From Conexivisphaerales archaeon (GTDB taxonomy: Archaea; Thermoproteota; Nitrososphaeria; Conexivisphaerales; DTJL01): a stretch of DNA of 11,869 bases. The stretch lies in contig JBEKZX010000047.1 in assembly GCA_049509455.1 (NCBI GenBank), positions 1 through 11,869 on the forward strand, in the 5' to 3' direction. A model generated the notes under the pieces. It did not search any database, had not been told where the DNA came from, and was given only the letters and a program-made list of their open reading frames with translations. A program made the position numbers and the translations under genes. Each line of letters starts with the position of its first letter. The first letter of the stretch is position 1. Shown in pieces: positions 8,645 to 11,869 of this stretch.

Positions 8645-8655
8645 GATGCTGCATC
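8645..8655. promoter_or_regulatory. Interrupted palindrome, candidate operator at the argG start
   Basis: GATGC-T-GCATC, 1 nt from the argG ATG and near the expected argG transcription start. Confidence 0.35.
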
Positions 8656-8668
8656 GGTTCGGAGGAGC

Positions 8669-8683
8669 AACATTTAATTATTT
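8669..8683. promoter_or_regulatory. Central AT-rich element, putative bidirectional TATA for argG and the regulator-argH operon
   Basis: AACATTTAATTATTT: TTTAATTA on + and ATTAAAT on -. The core 8673-8680 is 29 nt from the argG ATG and 28 nt from the ATG at 8709. Confidence 0.65.
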
Positions 8684-8708
8684 CGGACGACGCTGGTCAG
8701 AATTAGCC

Positions 8709-9401
8709 ATGAACCGACCAAAACTGGTCACAGCCTCTATATCGAGGACGGTGAGGGAGCAGGTGAACAGCGACTCCCTGATGCAGGAGGCGTTGGCGAG
8801 GGGCATCGTGAACATGAGTGCGGCGGCCAGGCTCCTCAAGCCCGCCGTGGTCTCTAGCCTCGGCAGGAGTGTATCTGAAGAAGCCATCGTCACCTCCCTC
8901 AAGAGGATTAAGGGCGCGTACAACAGGGGTGCCCTAGGGTACCTGAGGGTCCTTGCTAAGAGCAGCGTCGAAGTCAGGACTGATTTAGCCTTGGTCTCCG
9001 TCGAATTGGACCCCGAGGTCTCCGCAAAAATCAGAGACGTCGCATTCAAGAACTATGATGCCTTTGTGCAGATTTCTAGCTCGCCCAACGCCTACAGCTT
9101 AGTCTTTGAGAGAAGCCTCTTCGGTTATCTGAAGGGCCGCTTCGAGGAGGAGCAGGTCATGGAGGCCAAGACCGAACTGGCCGCCCTCATCATCCACAGC
9201 CCCGAGGAGATAATGGAGACTCCTGGCTGTATAGCGGCGATCTACAACCGCGTTGGCAGAGGCGGGATTAACGTGGTGGACACTGTCAGCAACTATACTG
9301 ACACCATACTAGTGGTCAAGATGGATGATGTCGTCAAGGCTTTCACGGCGGTGACCGATTTGATTTCGGAAGCTCGGCGCTTGGGAGGGAGGCAGCGTTG
9401 A
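8709..9401 (+). CDS. Uncharacterised protein with N-terminal helical/HTH-like region and C-terminal ACT domain(s); putative amino-acid-responsive regulator
   Basis: 230 aa. The C-terminal LAALIIHSPEEIMETPGCIAAIYNRVGRGGINVVDTVSNYTDTILVVKMDDVVKAF fits the aspartokinase/CASTOR-type ACT pattern. The N-terminal VNMSAAARLLKP..LGRSVSEEAIVTSLKRI is HTH-like. TTGA overlap with argH. Confidence 0.75.
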   Translation: MNRPKLVTASISRTVREQVNSDSLMQEALARGIVNMSAAARLLKPAVVSSLGRSVSEEAIVTSLKRIKGAYNRGALGYLRVLAKSSVEVRTDLALVSVELDPEVSAKIRDVAFKNYDAFVQISSSPNAYSLVFERSLFGYLKGRFEEEQVMEAKTELAALIIHSPEEIMETPGCIAAIYNRVGRGGINVVDTVSNYTDTILVVKMDDVVKAFTAVTDLISEARRLGGRQR

Positions 9402-10879
9402 AGGGCGGCCTCTACCGTTCAAGGTTGGGCAAGGACATCAACTCCAGCTCTCAGCGCTTCATCGGCTCGCTGGGCGTCGACGTAGAGTTGCTGCAATATG
9501 AAATCGACAGCTCCCTAGCCCACGTGGTGATGCTGAAAGAACAGGGCTGGCTGAGCGCCGAGGATGCCAAGAAGATTGCCAAGGCTTTGAGGAAGACGGC
9601 AGAGGTTCGCGTCCCGGCCGAAGGGTTCGAAGACATACATGAATATGTGGAGACGGCGGTGACACAGATGACCTCAAAGGAGACCGGAGGGCGCCTCCAC
9701 ACGGCACGCTCGAGGAACGACCAAGTGGCTACGATAACTAGGATGATGTGTCGCGACCGCCTGTTGCAGCTGACTGAAGCGGCCGCAGGTCTGGCGAGCA
9801 CCCTCCTTGAGCTCTCCCGTCGCTACTCGTCGACCCCCGTGCTGGCATACACCCACCTGAGGCAGGCACAGCTACAGACGTTGGGCCATCACCTGCAAAG
9901 CTATGTCCAACCTCTGGTCAGGGACATCGAACGCCTTTCGGACTGCTACGGTAGGACCGATCAATGTCCGCTGGGAGCCTCTGCTGTGGCCGGCTCTACG
10001 ATTAAGGTCGACAGGAGGAGGACAAGCGAACTCCTGGGCTTCTCCTCGGTTCTCATAAATTGTGAGGACTCTGTGGAGAGCCGGGATTTCGCCGTCGAAT
10101 CAATGTTCGTTCAGTCGCTGCTCCTGGTCGGACTGAGCCGGATCGCGGAGGACATGATAATATGGTCTACATCGGAGTTTGCATACTTCGAGCTCCCTGA
10201 CGATCTGGTGTCTCCTTCGAGCGCCATGCCCCATAAGAAGAACGCCGACGTCTTGGAGATGGTCAGGGCAGATGCGGCTCTTCAAATTGCGCAGCTGGTC
10301 CAGATGCTGGTGACGCTCAAAGGCCTCACCAGCGGATATAACAGGGACCTCCAGAACGTCAAGGCCACGTTGACGGGTTCCTTTTGGACGACGCTGGATG
10401 CCATATCCTCGGTCGACATGTGCCTCAAGGGTGGCTCGTTCGATGCAAAGGAGATGCAAAGGAAGGCGGAAGGAAGCGACGTCTTCGCTCTGCCGTTGGC
10501 CGAATGGTTGGTCAGGAAGCGTGGTGTGGCCTTCAGGGAGGCGCACAGGATCGCAGGGAGAGTCGTTTTCGAGCTAGCCTCCAAGAAGAGGAGGTTCGCT
10601 GACCTGTCGCCTGGCGAACTGGCCAAGATGGTCAAGCTAGCAGGTTCGGGCTTCACATTGAGCACGGCGGAGAGCATGCATCTGCACGCGTACCTTCGAC
10701 CCGCCATGGTGCTGAAGGAAACGGCGACGGAAGGAGGGCCATCGGACGCTCAGGTACTGGCCAACTACCGCCGGCTGAAGGGCGAGCTTGCTAATCTCAT
10801 GGAGGAAGCTCGGAAGAGGGAGAAGGGGCTCTCCGAAGCCCGCAAAAGGCTTTACGCCTCCGTCTCCTCCATCGAATGA
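9398..10879 (+). CDS. argH: Argininosuccinate lyase
   Basis: 493 aa; HTARSRNDQV, YTHL..AQ, PLG...AG, SRDF, SSAMPHKKN..VLE, GYNRDLQ, FREAH. TTG start preceded by GGAGGGAGG. Confidence 0.93.
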   Translation: MKGGLYRSRLGKDINSSSQRFIGSLGVDVELLQYEIDSSLAHVVMLKEQGWLSAEDAKKIAKALRKTAEVRVPAEGFEDIHEYVETAVTQMTSKETGGRLHTARSRNDQVATITRMMCRDRLLQLTEAAAGLASTLLELSRRYSSTPVLAYTHLRQAQLQTLGHHLQSYVQPLVRDIERLSDCYGRTDQCPLGASAVAGSTIKVDRRRTSELLGFSSVLINCEDSVESRDFAVESMFVQSLLLVGLSRIAEDMIIWSTSEFAYFELPDDLVSPSSAMPHKKNADVLEMVRADAALQIAQLVQMLVTLKGLTSGYNRDLQNVKATLTGSFWTTLDAISSVDMCLKGGSFDAKEMQRKAEGSDVFALPLAEWLVRKRGVAFREAHRIAGRVVFELASKKRRFADLSPGELAKMVKLAGSGFTLSTAESMHLHAYLRPAMVLKETATEGGPSDAQVLANYRRLKGELANLMEEARKREKGLSEARKRLYASVSSIE

Positions 10880-10903
10880 ATAGCGTCAATTGATAACGCT
10901 ATT
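10879..10903. repeat. Inverted repeat with 8-bp arms (hairpin or operator)
   Basis: AATAGCGT-CAATTGATA-ACGCTATT, beginning at the last base of the argH stop codon. Confidence 0.7.
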
Positions 10904-10966
10904 GCGTATATCTGAGTCCGGAATAGATGGCCATGTGCTTACCGAGAACGCCTTATCGTCATCAAT

Positions 10967-10981
10967 AGACGAAAAACGTCT
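10967..10981. promoter_or_regulatory. 15-bp palindrome with A-tract centre, candidate transcription-factor site upstream of dapA
   Basis: AGACG-AAAAA-CGTCT, ending 14 nt upstream of the TTTAATA box. Confidence 0.5.
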
Positions 10982-10995
10982 GCCATTCGCAAACA

Positions 10996-11002
10996 TTTAA
11001 TA
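10996..11002 (+). promoter_or_regulatory. TATA box of dapA
   Basis: TTTAATA preceded by BRE-like CAAACA, starting 28-31 nt before the GTG (11024) / TTG (11027) candidate starts. Confidence 0.6.
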
Positions 11003-11026
11003 CTTGCCTGCCTGGTGCTTGGCGTG

Positions 11027-11869
11027 TTGCACAATAGCCTTGTAGGTTGCTTCACCGCCATTATCACTCCGTTCAGTAAGGACGGCCTGTTAGACGGCGA
11101 CGGCCTGAATCAGCTACTGGACTTCCAGCTGGAAAACGGTGTCGACGGTATCGTCGTCGCGGGGACCACCGGAGAAGGTCCGACGCTTGATCACCTCGAG
11201 TTTTTGAAGGCACTCGCGCTGGTTTTGGATGGCTCAAAGGGCAAGTCCCTGACGATCGCCAACACGGGCGCCAACGATACACGAAAGGCCTTGGCTGGAA
11301 CATTGGAGGCCTGGGAACAGGGGGCCAGCGCAGCGCTGCTCGTGGACCCTTATTACAACTGCCCGAGCAGCCTAGAAATACGCCGTGAATACTACGAGCC
11401 GATCGCGAAGGCGGTCAGCGAGATGCGGCTTATCCCCTACATCATTCCAGGGCGAACCGGTACCCAGATTGCTCCCGAAGACGTAGCCATCCTAGCCAGA
11501 GGCTGCCCCAACGTCAACGCCGTGAAGGAGGCAACAGGCAGCAGCGAGAACGCGGCGGCAATAAGGTCCTTGTGCGGTGGTTCCTTCTCGATCCTGTCAG
11601 GCGATGACGAGAAGACATACGGGTTGATGACAGATCCCCGCGTCAAGGCCAACGGGACCATCTCGGTGATGTCCAACATAGCGCCGAAAGCCGTTGCCGA
11701 CTTGGTCTCCTCCGCCTTGAAGGGTGATGCAAAAAGAGCGGCCGCGATAGCTACCGCCATGAGGCCACTGTTCGAGCTGGTCACCGTCAAGACAAACGAG
11801 ATAGTCTCAGGTACCACGCTGACTGTGAAAGCGAAGAACCCCCTTCCCGTCAAGACCATGGCCGCAGTC
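11027..11869 (+). CDS. dapA: 4-hydroxy-tetrahydrodipicolinate synthase (DHDPS family), 3'-truncated by the window edge
   Basis: Own translation (absent from the ORF track): GCFTAIITPF, AGTTGE, NTGAN, DPYYN, IPYIIPGRTG (Tyr133-equivalent at 11438), VKEATG (Schiff-base Lys at 11525), LSGDD, ISVMSNIAP, NPLPVK. There is no ATG; the start is TTG 11027 or GTG 11024/11015. Confidence 0.85.
   Translation, partial: MHNSLVGCFTAIITPFSKDGLLDGDGLNQLLDFQLENGVDGIVVAGTTGEGPTLDHLEFLKALALVLDGSKGKSLTIANTGANDTRKALAGTLEAWEQGASAALLVDPYYNCPSSLEIRREYYEPIAKAVSEMRLIPYIIPGRTGTQIAPEDVAILARGCPNVNAVKEATGSSENAAAIRSLCGGSFSILSGDDEKTYGLMTDPRVKANGTISVMSNIAPKAVADLVSSALKGDAKRAAAIATAMRPLFELVTVKTNEIVSGTTLTVKAKNPLPVKTMAAV

Noticed and set aside
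8646-8708. Longer starts for the regulator (8646) and argG (8673), and GGAGGAG at 8661-8667 as an RBS
   Set aside because: The extensions would overlap each other and the TATA core. GGAGGAG is 41 nt from the ATG at 8709, with no suitably spaced start codon.
10880-11026. Lysine riboswitch or leader peptide upstream of dapA
   Set aside because: No L-box motifs were recognised, and the TATA at 10996 implies an almost leaderless transcript. The short ATG ORFs here are not Lys/Arg-rich in a convincing way.

Overview
Archaeal, fairly GC-rich housekeeping/biosynthetic region (TACK-like by inference: archaeal P1/L12, TATA boxes, LysW pathway). It runs: rpl12 (+); a convergent ABC-2 exporter pair (-); then a compact minus-strand operon argG-lysW-lysX-lysY-lysZ-lysJ-lysK, a complete LysW amino-group-carrier pathway led by argininosuccinate synthase. 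Divergently, from a 65-nt intergenic region, an uncharacterised helix-turn-helix-like + tandem-ACT protein is translationally coupled to argH. A dapA-family gene (missed by the ORF track) runs off the right edge. No mobile element, CRISPR array or RNA gene was seen. The best leads are: (i) the HTH-ACT protein as a possible archaeal ArgR analogue acting on a symmetric bidirectional promoter; (ii) a LysX/ArgX ligase whose specificity residues match neither described type; (iii) a LysW pathway probably devoted to arginine next to a DAP-pathway entry enzyme with its own palindromic upstream sites. Reference motifs are quoted from memory, not from a database search.
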